Positions 10,777-24,226 of a DNA stretch of 63,736 bases are shown in pieces. Every line of letters begins with the position of its first letter. Within the stretch, counting starts at the first letter, position 1. The notes beneath the pieces are model-generated. The model saw only the letters and a program-made list of their open reading frames with translations. It did not search any database and was not told the DNA's origin. Origin of the DNA: Takakia lepidozioides. Taxonomy: Eukaryota; Plantae; Bryophyta. The position numbers and the translations under genes are program-made. The stretch lies in NCBI GenBank assembly GCA_030704615.1, contig CM060734.1, positions 2,046,001-2,109,736 of the forward strand, read 5' to 3'.

Positions 10777-12570
10777 CTGAAGACAAAATGAGCGGCTGAC
10801 AAGGCGGTAAAGAATCTCTCCAACTGCGATAGGGCGGATGCCAGTACCTGAGGGTTTGCTCATAGCCAACAATCTGGAGGCCCCAAGGAGACGGGCCACT
10901 GGGGCAGGGATACGGCAAGCAGCAATAAAGGAGCAAATCTGAAATAGCTGAGAGAAGCCACTAGCAGAGTCCTGTGGAGAGAAATAGTTGTGTAAGTGCT
11001 CATACAGGAGACCGGAAGGACCTGCCGCTGCAAGATGGGGACTGCGTGTGAAGGCCTGAGTGAAGACCTCCCGATCTAGCTTGAGATCCTGGTCTGGCTC
11101 GAAGTCCTCAACAAAAAGCAGCAGAATATCTTGAGCTGATGGGTGAAGGGCTTCGAGGGCAGTGACAGTATCCGGTGATGGAGGCGCTGATGAGGAAGGT
11201 GCTAAAGCCTTGGCCGCCCGTGAGTACTCGCCAACGCGGCCTAACATGAGACTATAACAAAGTCGCCTGTGGGCCGATGAGGGTGGTTGTGTGGAGGAAG
11301 TGGGAGGGGCGCGTGCTGCAAGGGCTAGTGCCCGTAATTGATGCTCATCTTGCAGACTCTCCCAATCTCCAGATAAAAAACGGCAAAGATGGATGCGCGT
11401 CTCTCTGTGCCCTGACTGACCGCCACGAGGGGGCAAAACCAAACACCACTGAGGAAATAACAAGAAAAGATACCATGCTGGTATATCATCAGGATCACGA
11501 GCCAGCCTGTCTAAGGGTAGACGGAGTGCCAGTTGGACCTCATGACGTAGTGCCACCGGAATTCTTGTATATAGACGAGGCCTTGGCAGTCCTAGCTGAA
11601 ATGCGCCCAGAACATCTAGTGCTAAAAGCCAATGCCAAGCAGAGGCAGGAGGTGGCGCGTGCAAGACACTGGGCTGAAATGGAGAAGTACCATTTGTGTG
11701 GGACTGATGAAGAGCCGCACACGTGCGCTGGTGTCGCGCAAGCCTTCTGATGCACGCAAAAAGACGACCGCAAGATGGGCATGGGGTACGGTCTGATGGG
11801 AGAGGCACCTGCTGTTGGGGTAAGAGTGATGGGGTCGGCAATGCAGGCTGCACAACTGGAGAAGGAGGCACGTGGAGAGGCTCATGACCAAGAGGAGTTG
11901 GGCTGCCTTGAAGCCGCTGCCGAGAATGGGATGGAGAACTTGGAGGAGAAGTGACTGGCGTGGGACCTCGAACCCTACCTGAGAGGCGCAGTGGGGGAGG
12001 GCTCAATAGACACTGTGGGAGTTCTTCGGTCAGTGGGGCGCCAATGGAAGAACCTGGAATCAGCGGTGGAGAAGACTGTTGTGAAGATGACAGCTCTTAT
12101 TGAACTTGGTGTCTGGAGCTTGGACTCTGGTGCGCATCAGGAACATGTGAGCTAGGGGTAGGGGTACGTTGGCATTGGGGTCTTCCAAGAGGAGCAGGTC
12201 TTCCAGTAGGAGCAGTTGCGGCTGTGTTCAACACCTCTCGTTGCTCTGGGGAGCGAACTGCCAGGGATGGTGGAGTAGGCAGTAAAGGGGTTGTGGTGAG
12301 GGCTGGAGTTGGTTGCCTGTACGGTGTCGGGGCTGAACGAGCTGGGGGACGAGCCGATCGAGGCCGCCTGACCGGCGTGGGGCCCACTGTTGCACAGCGG
12401 CCGCTTGCTCGCTTAGCGCTGCTACCGCTGTCGCTACTGCCAACACCTCCACTAAGTTGGCAGCGCTGCAGGCCTTGCCGAGGTTTGGCGGCGACGCCGC
12501 TCATCATACTTCTCGTGTCCACGCTCGTCAGACTCAAAAAGCCCCGAAGCCGCCCTGGTTAGATCAAAAG
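10777..12570 (-). mobile_element. CRE-like (RLE-type) non-LTR retrotransposon, 5' part
   Basis: C2H2-like CPSCGRLF..LARHQRTC, AAAGPSGL and RLLAMSKPSGTGIRPIAVGEILYRLVSR (early RT motifs). Ends abruptly at SRSFCLQ. Confidence 0.8.
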
Positions 12571-12669
12571 TAGTGTTTTAGTTGGGAGCTTCATCAGTAT
12601 CCTCAAGATTGACGAAATAGACCAAGGTCGAACGACTAGATGCTCACTTCCCTTGGTCTTTGTCTCCAG

Positions 12670-15600
12670 CCATTCTCAAGTGCGACGGCAAGGATATTGT
12701 GGAGAAGGGGCATAGAAAGAACAAGTACCTCTTTTCGTTTCCAAGGCTTGTGGCTCCTGTAGCTGGTGGCAAGTTTGGGGAGCTTACGCATTTGGACTCC
12801 AGGAATCCCATTCTCTATGTTGAATTTCCTCAAGCATGTCAGTTCTGCTTGAGTTTCTCTGGTCCACAGGTTGCAGTTACTTTGTAGTTTCCATAATCTT
12901 ATCGTTGTATGTAGTGGTTTCAGTGAGGTACATCGGTGTTTTAGATGAAGAGTTCAAAAGCTTTGGAAATTTAGATAGAGTATTTCTTTATGAAAACAGG
13001 TGTATGCCCTACAAACTGTGCCTAATGCTGTATTTACAAATCAGGGACGATTAGAACTGTTTGGCACAATTATGTATCCCAAGAACAAGTACCTCACCTT
13101 GCATTTTCTTCAAGGAGCTGGAAATATTGTTTGTGAAGACTGCTTTGAAAGTCTGGTATGTTCTCTAGATGAACCAGCTCATTCTGTATTTATTCAAACC
13201 CTTGTCTGTACAAGTCAAGAAGAGGTGTCCCTGTCGGGCGGGAATTAATGATGTTGAAATAGCCCCGATCTTTAGATAAAGGACCTTCTGCCTCTATGCT
13301 AAAGAATGCACCACCTTGTGGCTGATCCTGGTATGATGAGTGGCAGATAAGCAAAGGTTAATAAGCCACAACAATTTTTTTGTGGATCACGAGGGTTATG
13401 TGCTGGTGATTCTTCACTAAAGCAATGCTTAGACTGGGGAAGTATGCACATATTTGCCTCAAGCTCTCTTTTATAGTACCTGAGGTGTGCCCTCTATCTC
13501 TGAAGATTTTTAACTCTTTGAACCAGTTGTTGTGTTAAAATACAGGTGGTTTTCTCTGTTGTGTGGTGGATTGGGACTAAGGATGAAAATCCAAAAGAGT
13601 TGCGCCTTCCACTGCCTCAAGAGCTTCAGCAGGTGTAATCTGGATTTTACAATTTCAACACTTCATCCTTCATCCTTCTTCTTGTAGATATGGTGAGAAG
13701 GAAGTTAAGCTGAGAAGTACGAACTCGAGTTAGACGAGGTTATCTTGTCGTGCGGTTTTGTTTCTTTGGACACACCTAAATGTATTTCACATATGTTCCA
13801 ACTGTCCTACGTGACATTTTTGTTTGCGTAGGAGAAACATGCTGACTTTGATTTCACAGCAGGAGCTGGTCTGGCAAGAGACCCTAAAGAAAACATGGAA
13901 GGGGAAAAATTGTTCAGTGAGAAAGATGCACCAGAATCACCCAAGGGCCAGCTTAGAATGGAGAAATGGTTAGTGAGGAAAAAGCAAGGTGGGGATGCAC
14001 ACTTTACCAAGTCAAGAAAAAGAGCCAGAGTCTGGGGATGAGGACACAGCAACACCAATGTGACAATCTGCTCGTACAGCAGGACGTAAGTTCAAGTATG
14101 TAGTGGCTTGTGTCAAAAGTTTTTTCACGCACCTTATTGTGGTCACTAGGGTTCAGAGTTTACTAGGCTCTCACAAAAAAATTGTCACTAGGGGTTTAGG
14201 CATGACCAAATATAAACATATGGACGTTCTTCATTTGTCTTCTTTGTCTTGCTCATTCATGATTTGGATGTTGCTTTGGTTTCATTGACCATTGTGGAGT
14301 CGTGCAAAGAACCACCTAGTGTTTGTTTTTTTGTTTGGACCAAACTCTGGTAACCCTGGATTGTGATTCCTGCAGGAGCCGTATTACTCTTTTGAACTAT
14401 TATCTCCTTTTATAGAAAACAGTGAGCATGTATGGTGTCTTAATGCTTTGAAAGGTTTCTGTTTATTAGCTGCTTAAGGAGTTCAAATGTCTCCTTTCTC
14501 AGGCAATTTCCAGAAAGTTCAGTTTCTTCAGGACTTGTGTCTTGAGATGGGTTGAAGACCCCAATCTTTTACCTCCAATGGTTGCTTCCTGGCATCTTAT
14601 CTGCTTGCCCAGGTATACAGAATCATCATCACATGAGGACAATGAAGCAGAGAATGTACTCCTAAGACGTTGTTTGCCGTAGCCTTGTGGCCATTGAGGG
14701 CAATGAAGCAGAGAGTGGAAGTGCAAGTGATTCATCAGGTCCTGAACATGAAAAACAAGGAGCTGGAGGTGGGGATGTCAGCAAGACATTCCCCACCTAT
14801 GTAGATGATAGTTGTTTAGTTCCTGATGAGCAAGCAACAAAGAGTGGTGCCAGTTCTCTTACAGGTAGGCATCGTTACAGCTCAAGATCATTTAGTACTT
14901 CCTTTGTGATCACATGCATACTGGGGTAGTCCCCCATACATGAGCTAGTTCTATGGCATTTGATCTGTTTAGCATGCCCTTTGTATATGTTACAGGTCAC
15001 ATACCTAGTTCGTGAATGGTTTTTGTAGCAGTTGCTGGGGTAGAATGGTTGAGGGGTGGACACATGTGCCATCTGAGACGACACTGATCATTACCATTGA
15101 TAGCAATCTATAAGACCACTCTTTTCTCTCTCTCTTTGTGTTCTTACGCTTCTCCCATAGGCTCTTTGGGCTTCCTGTGGACGGTATGATCTTTCTTTCG
15201 TTCTTCCTTCCTTCTTTATTTCTTTCTCACTCACAAACGCACGCAAGTTACTTGTTTCTTACCCTAATTTTATTAGAAGGATGGGCACCTGAGATCCATG
15301 TTTTTGTCATTCTAGCCATCACATCTGTTTGTAACTAGACATTGTGAATCTTCTGCCAAGAAACAGGTATTTCAATGGGGAAATCGGACGCAGCTACATG
15401 TGGTTTGGTTGAATTGATCAGTGACGAAGAAACCAAAGGAGGTGATAGTCTTGTTGCAGCTAAGAATGGGCTGGTTGTACAAAACAATTCCTCTGCCAAG
15501 AGATCCTTAGGAGGTGTTCTCAATACAAGTGCCATCAAAGAAACAGCTCCTACAAGTACACCAGCAAGAGGCTTCAAGCAGTCTAGTCTTGCAACTTTTC

Positions 15601-17432
15601 TGTTGAAGTCCAGTGAGAAGGTGAGAGCTTGGGTTTCTTTAATATGTCACCTATCCAAATCCATGAAATATAGCTTGAGAATCTGTTGAAAGAAATGACT
15701 CATTAATCTTCTTGGGTCTTTCCAACCCTGTTTTCACTTCACAATGTTCTAGGAGATACCTTGTCACGACATCTTACGCGAAGTTTGGAAGTATGTGCGG
15801 CACTCCTTCAGGCTGATTGTTATCCAAAAAAATAAATAAAGCGGTGTACAATCCAGCTGTTATATGTTATCAAAGCAAAAAACTCACACCAGCAGTGGTG
15901 TTATGCTCACATATCATAATGTGATGGCTGTTCAGAACAGAAGACATCCAACAGGTCTGGACAATAGCTGTAAAATAACTGTGGAATACCTTATCCCTGC
16001 CTATGGACAGATGTAGGATAGGCCGTAGCTCACGGAAGAATGTTGTTGAAAAGAGTGGAACAAAAGTTGGAGGGATTGGATGCTGCTTCTTCAAGTGATC
16101 ACCATGCTTTACAGCTCTGTACCAAAATCTTGAAAGGGCACCTGTAAAGTCCTGGAACCTCTTGGCACATGAAGATATGAGGGTGTAATAGCTCTGGCTC
16201 CTTTTCTGCAACAGCGATGAGTTTCTGCATGCTCCTTGATATACTCTCAAGTGTTTGCATTTAGATTCATCTTCAGGTGTATCTGGTTGGGATGGACTAT
16301 TTGTGGTATTGACTTGCATGCCCTGTCGAGCGATCTTGCAGTCCCATCAAGTGGAGGTTGAGAAGGCTGAACAATTTCCCACAAAAGTCGAAGCTCGTGA
16401 GCCCTCTGTGTCATTTATTTGAGTACAAGCAACAATTATTGAAGTGAGCGTTTCTACCAGCTAGTAATATGAGCCTCAAATACACATCATGCTGAGCTAA
16501 ATAGCTATTTGCAGATGATACAAGCTGACCACTACTTGGGTCAAGCTATGTCCTAGCCACTGATGTATGTAAACGACAACTGATTTTTTCAGTTTGTTTG
16601 CATTATACATTCTTCTGAAGTCCTCATTTGATTCAGTAGTTTCCAAAGTCTTTGTCTTTAGTCTTCATGTTAATGCTTTCTGGCAGAGGCAGGCAGCAAA
16701 AGTATCATAGGCGGCAAGAGACAATACACAAGAAAGAATGTTACCATGGCAAGAGATGCTGCATTGGCATGATGAAAATGTATTTCTTCATTTTGTTGGT
16801 TGTATCTGGGTTGGATGGATTATTTTAGACTTCTGGTTACTCTATTCGTTGGTGCTCAATCAAGCTGACTGACCCCTAAAATCTTCTTGGGACACATTCT
16901 ACAGCAGCAGTATATTGGTTTGTATGCCAACAAGTTTTCTTATGTTATATGGGGATCCTTCAGAGTTGTTAATCTGTTGTCATGCCAGAGAGTACAGCAA
17001 CTGGTGAGTGTGATAGCCAGTTTGACTATACGAATGGCATCTCCCCCTAGTCCTGAAATGAGTATTAATGACCGTTGACGGACACAAGCTGTAGTGGAAT
17101 TTTTGTGTATTGAACAACACCTACTGAATGGGAGATGTCAACTCTAATGGAAACCTTCATCTGAGCTTTCGGAGGTCGAAGTTGTGAAGGACTTGTTACC
17201 TATATCTAAATTTTCGAGTTGTACGCAAAATTGTTTGTAGAGTCATTTGCATACTTGAAATGGAATTAAGTTGATGAACTAATATATATCGATGATTAGA
17301 TATGGCTGTTGGCCTGGTCAGGTACAGACGAAATCAAGCGTTGATGGGGATGAAGGAAATATCAACGACCGAGAGACTGAGGTTTCAGATTCTAGCAAAG
17401 AAGTTGTTCATACACCCAAAAGCAGGGCCAGA
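12670..17432 (+). pseudogene. RHL1: RHL1 (topoisomerase VI accessory DNA-binding protein), exons 2 onward, disabled
   Basis: Exons 12670-12833 (GC donor), 13045-13155, 13546-13632, 13832-~14095, 14613+ and later ones. RKNKYLFSFP..NPILYVEFPQ/GRLELFGTIMYPKNKYLTL/VVFSVVWWIGTKDENP. TGA at 14061 in TPM*QSARTAG and a frameshifting insertion at 14657. The 3' exons are approximate. Confidence 0.85.
14657..14694 (-). mobile_element. 38-bp 5'-truncated LINE terminus with ~23-bp TSD inside an RHL1 exon
   Basis: Matches 53430-53467. Flanked by tgaggacaatgaagcagagaatg / tgagggcaatgaagcagagagtg. Confidence 0.85.
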
Positions 17433-17759
17433 TGTGAAGTGATTCCTATCCATGCGTTGTCTGATATGCCTTAATTCTTTTGTGTTCTTGTCTTGAGAGA
17501 ATCATCAAGACTGCCACATGCAGTTGCTACAATCTGATGTGATTATTCGGAAAGTGTGCTGGTTAACCGCCGTCAATTTGGCCCCTGTTGACAGAAAGTT
17601 AAAAATTAGTGTCAGTGCTAGGGAGTGCTAGGGATGCCAGTGCCGGGTTCATTCATCTCCATCATCTGTGGGACTTGTCACAAACCAAACTTGTCACAAC
17701 TTCAGATTTGGAAATGGTAAAACTGTGCATCTGGAGTCTGCTGAAGTAACTTGGTGCTT

Positions 17760-19810
17760 CCCACAGACGGCACCTATTGCAAGAAAACCACTCTCAGAAA
17801 GCTCCCCCTCTGCCATCACTATCCTTATCCTCACTTAACAAAGCTTACCTAATCCCCAACACCCCCTTCTCCAACTCCCCCTTGAGGTGACGCCACTAGC
17901 GGCCATTGAACCCAACCACCTCCGTTACAGATGCACTCTGCCCTTCCCCAAATATTTCTACCACAAAGAACCCACTCTAACCCTGTTATTGTTTGTCCAG
18001 AAAAACCCCACTGCACCTCCATACCTACAGACTTCCCCACTCATCTCAATCATCTCTTATCCGGTACCCATGGCATGTCCCTCACCATCTACCCACCCTC
18101 ACCACCGCATTGTCCTCCCCCCAGATCAACCTACAGGCCAAAACCGAACAAAGTTTGGGCTATGGCACCCCCCCGCCCTATCACCATCCACGATATTACT
18201 TCCACGGATGCCCCCCCGGTACATTTGGGGCCAATCGCCCCCAAATACCCCCCACACACTATACCGATGGCTCCCACTCTGGCTCACGAGCCGGATACGG
18301 CGTCTATCATGCTGCCACTAACAAAGGGACCACCCACCGACTTCCCGGCCCCGCAACCATACTACGTGCTGAATTCATGGCTATCTTTGAAGCTCTTTCC
18401 CAACTCACCACGTTTCCCCCACCATACTACATTTTTACGGATAGTCTCACTTCACTCTTTCTACTTCGTAATCACCTTGCATGTCCCTCCTCCCATCACC
18501 ACCACCCCGATCGCAACCTTATTACCGCTATTATCAACCTTGCTATCTTCATCAACAAACCCATCCATATTATCAAAGTCCGCTCACACACCAGTATTAA
18601 CGGAAACGAGGAGGCTGACCTCCTCGCGCAGCTAGGGGCCTCCAAACCCCCGGTTGAACCCTCGGCTGACCCCATACACATTGCCCATGCACACCCCTTT
18701 TGGCTAATTCACCCGGTTCCTGGCCCCCCTAAACCCTGGCCTATCCGTAACCTCCTTATTACCTTATCTAAAGAAGCCCACAAACAAGCTGATGTTCACA
18801 CAGTCACACCAAACTGCATATTCAAAAATGGACTCTTTCCGATGTACTCCACCACAAACTATCTAATCACTTCTGGCCCACTAGAGAGGCATCTGACGTG
18901 CAAATCCGACAAACACTTAAATTCAGATACGCTCAGTACATGGGACATCAGCGTAAGCACACCTTCTGGCCACCCACATACCCATCGCCACACTGCCCTC
19001 TATGCTCCCACATACATGCAACACGCGATACCTGGCTCCATCTCCTTAGCGAATGCCCCCACCCCATCATCCATGGGCTCCGTATTGCTAGACACAACGA
19101 TGCAGTATGGCATATACATAAACTCCTACTGCGACGTAATGAAACCAGATGGTTCTCACTCATCAATGCTGGCACCTACCAAGGTCGACCCCCAGATCAT
19201 ACAGTACCTATATGGTTACTCCCGTATGTATGCCGACCTCACGCACCCTGCACTTGCCCCGCTAGACTCTGCCCGGATATCCTACTAGTCCAGGGATTCC
19301 CCATTAACGTTTTCCCTCCCACTGCCCCTTCCAGAGCCATTACCATACACTTCATAGAATTTACATACTGCCATGACCGCTTTTCAAGCTCATCTATCCT
19401 CGAAAAATGCCAAAAATATGCGTCATTTATCACTGCTATCCACCGCCGGGGCTGGGTCACAGGCTCGCTTACTGTCATCACTGCCGGCACCAGAGGGGGG
19501 ATACACAATTCCAGCATCTCTGCACTTCAAAATAACTTTAAACTCCCCATCACTTCTATCCATAAATGCTTCAAAGCCATACATCACAACTCTTCGTTCC
19601 CTCACAGCTATCATCACCAATAAGCGACAACTCGAAACCAAACCCTCATCGGTACCCCAGGGTACCCTAGGTACCACTACTCCCTGGCTACCCGGTGTCC
19701 CCTGGACATTTGTTTTCTTTATAGGGCCCACCCCCGAAAGGGGGCAGTAGCCGTAAGGCGAAGTGGCTCTTAGTTACGCCGGTCTCAGCCGGAGTCTTCT
19801 CTCTCTCTCA
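17760..19810 (+). mobile_element. Dualen/RandI-like LINE, 3' part (RNase H + CCHC + RLE endonuclease)
   Basis: YTDGS..RAEF..FTDSL..KVRSH..GNEEAD (RNase H); CPLC..DTWLHLLSEC; RHNDAV; PDILLV..IEFTYCHD (PD-(D/E)xK). Ends in a (CT)n tail. Confidence 0.75.
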
Positions 19811-22370
19811 ACCATGGCACATATTCCAGGACCTCCTGAGGTACTTATTGTGGTTCCAGCAGGCCTACCCCCACTAACATTACCCAGGCATTTGCCTTGG
19901 TTCTCCGGGGAAGCACATGAGAACCCAGAGTACCATGTAAAGAGCTTCATTCAATGTTGTTATTCTAACCAAGCATTAAATGATGTCTATTGGTTGATAT
20001 GGTTTCCCACAACCATGAGGGGTAGGGCATCTACTTGGTATTGGCAACAGGCGCCATGGATATGAACGTTACTTGGCAGCAAATTCGCGACGCCTTCTTG
20101 GACTATTTCCGGGCAGTTCACCAGTGTCTTGATGGCACTGACAAGGATCCGCCAAGGCCCCACACATGAGGTAGCGGACTTTGAAATGCGATTTCGGGAG
20201 CTGATGCGACTCTAGAACCCTTTGACCCCCCTAGAGGATGGGGTACTCAAAGATTGTTTTTTGAGTGGATTACGAGAGGCCACTCACTTTCATGTTTTGC
20301 AGCAAAGACCTGCAACACTGGTAGATGCCATACAAGCTGGCAAGGAATTCGACAACATGCATCGTCAAGTACAGCGAGCCAAGATGCCAGATTTCGCACT
20401 TCCATCATACATCACGATCGAGCCCACGCAGAGCTGGCATCATTAGCGGTAATCCAACCTGCTTTGCATTTACACGCCATCTTATGTAGGAGGAGCATGG
20501 CCATATGCCCCGGCAACGGCCCCCACACCAGTACTAGCGCCGACTGTGCCACAATATACGAATGTTGTCCCTACTAACTCGCATGCAGATTCAAGTAGGC
20601 AGTCTGATTCGCGGGTTGGACATCTGGAGGCACAAGTCACTTCCCTCATCAAGACCATCGAAACAATGAGTGATCGCATGAGTTCCATCGGCCAGTAGAT
20701 CACCAGCTATGTGGGGTATCGAGATGCGGCTCCAGTTGGGGAATCCGGCCCCGACCTGGCAAAGGTATAGTTCAGTGATGAATTAGAACCGTACAACCCG
20801 ATGGAAGATCTTCGCCACATTCAGGCAAATATTACATTTGCCCAGCTCATAGCTATGGCACCCACAGTTCGCCATGCTCTCAAGGCATCTTTGGTAAGGA
20901 AGTGGGTAAGCACTTCCGCTTAGGCCCACCACATCAATGCCCATATCGACCCAGGACCAGTGGAGATAGAGGTGGAAATTGTTGACCGATTCATACGGCG
21001 TTGCTTAGTGGATGATGGGAGCTCAGTCAACATCATGCCGCTCTCCACCCTATCCAAACTAGGTTTGAACATGACAGGAGAGTCCCCTCTGACGATCAGG
21101 CTAGCTGACCAACGGAAGATCCGACCAGTAGGGCACATAGCGAATGTCAGAATGAAGACATGAGGCTCCACGTATGCAATAGACTTTCAAATTATAGACT
21201 TTTCCATTGATGAGTACTCATACGCACTCCTATTAGGGAGACCATGGTTGGTCTAGTCCAGAGCACGAACGGACTGGGGGGCAGGCACCATCACTTATGG
21301 GGTAAGACCTTACACCACTACTGTCGCATTTCTTTCAGGAGCACCTCACGAAGAGACAGATGAGGATGAGCTCAGCATGATTGGCTCTGAGGATGAGTCT
21401 GCAGACTTGAGTGAGGAGGATTTGTGGTTCTCCACATCGCATGCCCACCGGGTTCTGGCAACATCTATCGCGCCTCACAGGGAGGTTAAGCGAAGAAAGA
21501 TAGGACTAGAGGATGCAGTTAAGTCCCTAGGCCGGGATTGTATGAATGCGAGTCTGATGCAGATTGCATCGCCTGGTTGTTCGGGAAAAACCACGGCAAG
21601 AAAGTGATGGTACACTCGGTATCATCCGAGGCACTCCCAGAGTTCGTTTCTGACCAAGCTATTTTCTATATCCGCCGAACGGGTTGGTCTGTAGGAACAT
21701 GAGAGTCCTCGGGAGGAAAACAACGAGATCATTGATATGAGAATTGTAGAGGAAGCCGACCTGGAGAGGGATGTCATGAAACATAGCGCCTCCTACATTC
21801 CCTATTTGCAGCAGGGATCAAGCGGATCCCGATTTGAACCAGGGACGAACTTCACCTCTGAACCAACAACGCAGTTGGTCGACATGGCAGTTGGAGGGGA
21901 ATCACCAAAAATGGTAAAGGTAGGATCCCACTTGACCTCTGAACAAGCAGTGGAATACCAATCCTTATTCAAAGAATTTCGTGATATCTTTGCATGGTCC
22001 TACACCGAATTGAAGGGAGTACCTTCTTACATGGCGATGCATTCCATTCCTCTAATTCCGGGAGCTACGCCCCGACGACAACGAGGGTGAATCCCAACTT
22101 AGCACTGCTCATCAAAGCCGAGATTGAAAAATTGCTGGCTGCAGAGTTCATTTTTCCAGCCTCAGCCTGGGACGGGGGATTAAGGGTATGCGTGGACTTC
22201 CGCCCCTTGAACAAGGTAACACACAATGATCATTTTCCCTTGCCGTTTATAGATACATTGGTAGAAGAGATAGCAGGGAATGAGCTCTACTCTTTCATGG
22301 ATGGATTTTCAGGGTACAATCAAGTATTGATCGACCCAAAAGATGTGTCAAGAAGACCACCTTCACCCCT
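19811..22370 (+). mobile_element. Degenerate Ty3/gypsy gag-PR-RT
   Basis: LPWFSGEAHENPEYHV (gag), CLVDDGSSVNIMP (protease), LRVCVDFRPLN..YSFMDGFSGYNQV (RT). Many stops; truncated. Confidence 0.85.
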
Positions 22371-22565
22371 AGTTATCATTCCTGACGTGACGTGGCGCTG
22401 ACACGTTGGCCGTCACGTCACGTCGAATCCGGACGTTTACCCATGTAATTTTTTTTACATTTGACTTTTACAATCTACTTCTACCCTTTGTAATGACATG
22501 GCAGCCACGGTGTAAAACAGACGTGGCCAATTATTAATATTTATTAATTCTCTTAAAAAAATGTG

Positions 22566-23335
22566 TCTGCCTATATTGGCGGTCGCATACAATTTATTAT
22601 TTTTAAAATAAAAGCGACGGCCCATATTGGCGGTCGCTTGTAATTTAATATTTTGTTAAATTAAGCGACCGCCTATATTGGCGGTCGCTGGTAATTTATT
22701 ATTTTTAAAATAAAAGCGACGGCCCATATTGGCGGTCGCTTGTAATTTAATATTTTGTTAAATTAAGCGACCGCCTATATTGGCGGTCGCTGGTAATTTA
22801 TTTATTTTTAAATGAAGCGACCGCCCAGATTGGCGGTCGCTCTTTATTTTATTTTTATTATTATATCTTTGATATATTCTGTAAAAATACAGCGACCGCC
22901 ATGTGGCGGTCGCTATATTGTTTTTTTAAATTTAGCGACTGCCATTTAGCAGCAGTCGCTTATTTTTATTTTTATTCTTAAATAAAGCGACCGCCGTTTG
23001 GCGGTCGCTTCTTCAGTAAATTTTTGAAAAATGCAGCGACCGCCATTTGGCGGCCGTCGCTATTTTTGTTAATAAAGAATACAGCGACCGCCATTTGGAG
23101 GCGGTCGCTCGATTTGATTTTGATTCTTAAATTAAGCGACCACCGTTTGGCGGTCACTTACTTAATATATTTTTTTTAAATGAAGCGACCGCCATTTAGC
23201 GGCGGTCGTTTATTTATAAATCAAGCGATCGTCAGTAGGCGGTCGCTCTTCTTGTTTTTATAAATATAGCGACCGCCATGCGGCAGTCGCGTGTTTTTTT
23301 TTTCCTTAGAAATCCAGGGACCCGCCGTATGGCGT
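22566..23335. repeat. Array of ~15 palindromes AGCGACCGCC-N(4-7)-GGCGGTCGCT with AT-rich spacers, ~50-bp period
   Basis: Units visible at ~22612, 22663, 22714, 22765, 22815, 22891, 22934, 22985, 23035, 23083, 23134, 23183, 23223 and 23268. Confidence 0.95.
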
Positions 23336-23554
23336 TTTTATTTTATTTTTTAATCATGAAGCGGCGCTTGGCCAGCCACATGGCAAGGTGCCACGGGTCA
23401 GGAAAAAGGAAACAAATGGGATGGGGGGAGGTGGTTTTGAACCCTTGACCTCTCATGTGGGTGCGCGTGGCGAGGTGCGACTGGCCTGTCGCGCCGCGTT
23501 GACACGTGGCGAGGCGCCACTGGCCTGTTTCTCATTTTCAATCATAATGCCATT

Positions 23555-23587
<33 letters not shown>

Positions 23588-23984
23588 GTGTTGGTGGGCA
23601 CCTATATAAACCATTCCCCTCTCCTTTTTCTGATCACTTTTGCCCCTCTCGTGGTGCGGTTCCTTGGCATCTTGTAGTCTTTTCGGACTTTGTTGCTTGG
23701 CACTACCAACGGGAGGTGTTGCATGAATCAAGCATCAACAGATCGTCTCTCCTCCTTCACCGTGCTCTCCATCCTTGCGCTCAAGTTCGTGCTTCCTCCC
23801 CCCGATGACCAAGTCGTGATCCCAAAAGTGTCCCCCTCCCTGTTGCTACTCTGCCTATTCTACCTGCAAGCTGTTCTAATCGCCTAACTAACTAACTGTC
23901 ATTCAAGACAGAATGCACGTTCCCTCTACAGATGTCTTTCCCACATAGTCGTTCCCTGCCAATAATAACCATTCCCTGTGAATG

Positions 23985-24207
23985 CTATGACGGGCTGTGA
24001 CTGGCTGTGTGAGGCTGTGTCGGGCTGTGTCGGGCTATGATAGACTGTGATAGGCTGTGATAGGTTGTGTAAGGCTGTGACAAGCTGTGTCAGGCTGTGT
24101 AAGGCTGTGTCAGGCTGTGACAAGTTGTATAAGGCTGTGTCAGACTGTGACAAGCTGTGTCAAACTGTGTCTAACTGTGTAAGGCTGTGACTGACTGTGT
24201 AAGCCTG
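23985..24207. repeat. 10-bp minisatellite (GGCTGTGTCA variants) just before gag
   Basis: About 20 tandem decamers. Confidence 0.85.
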
Positions 24208-24226
24208 TCTACCACCCCTAAGGCAT

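Noticed and set aside
22566-23335. True CRISPR array
   Set aside because: Spacers are low-complexity AT tracts with duplications; loop length varies; no cas genes.
23557-23585. Long poly-G run as a functional element
   Set aside because: Homopolymers are frequent in these repeats and their lengths are unreliable.
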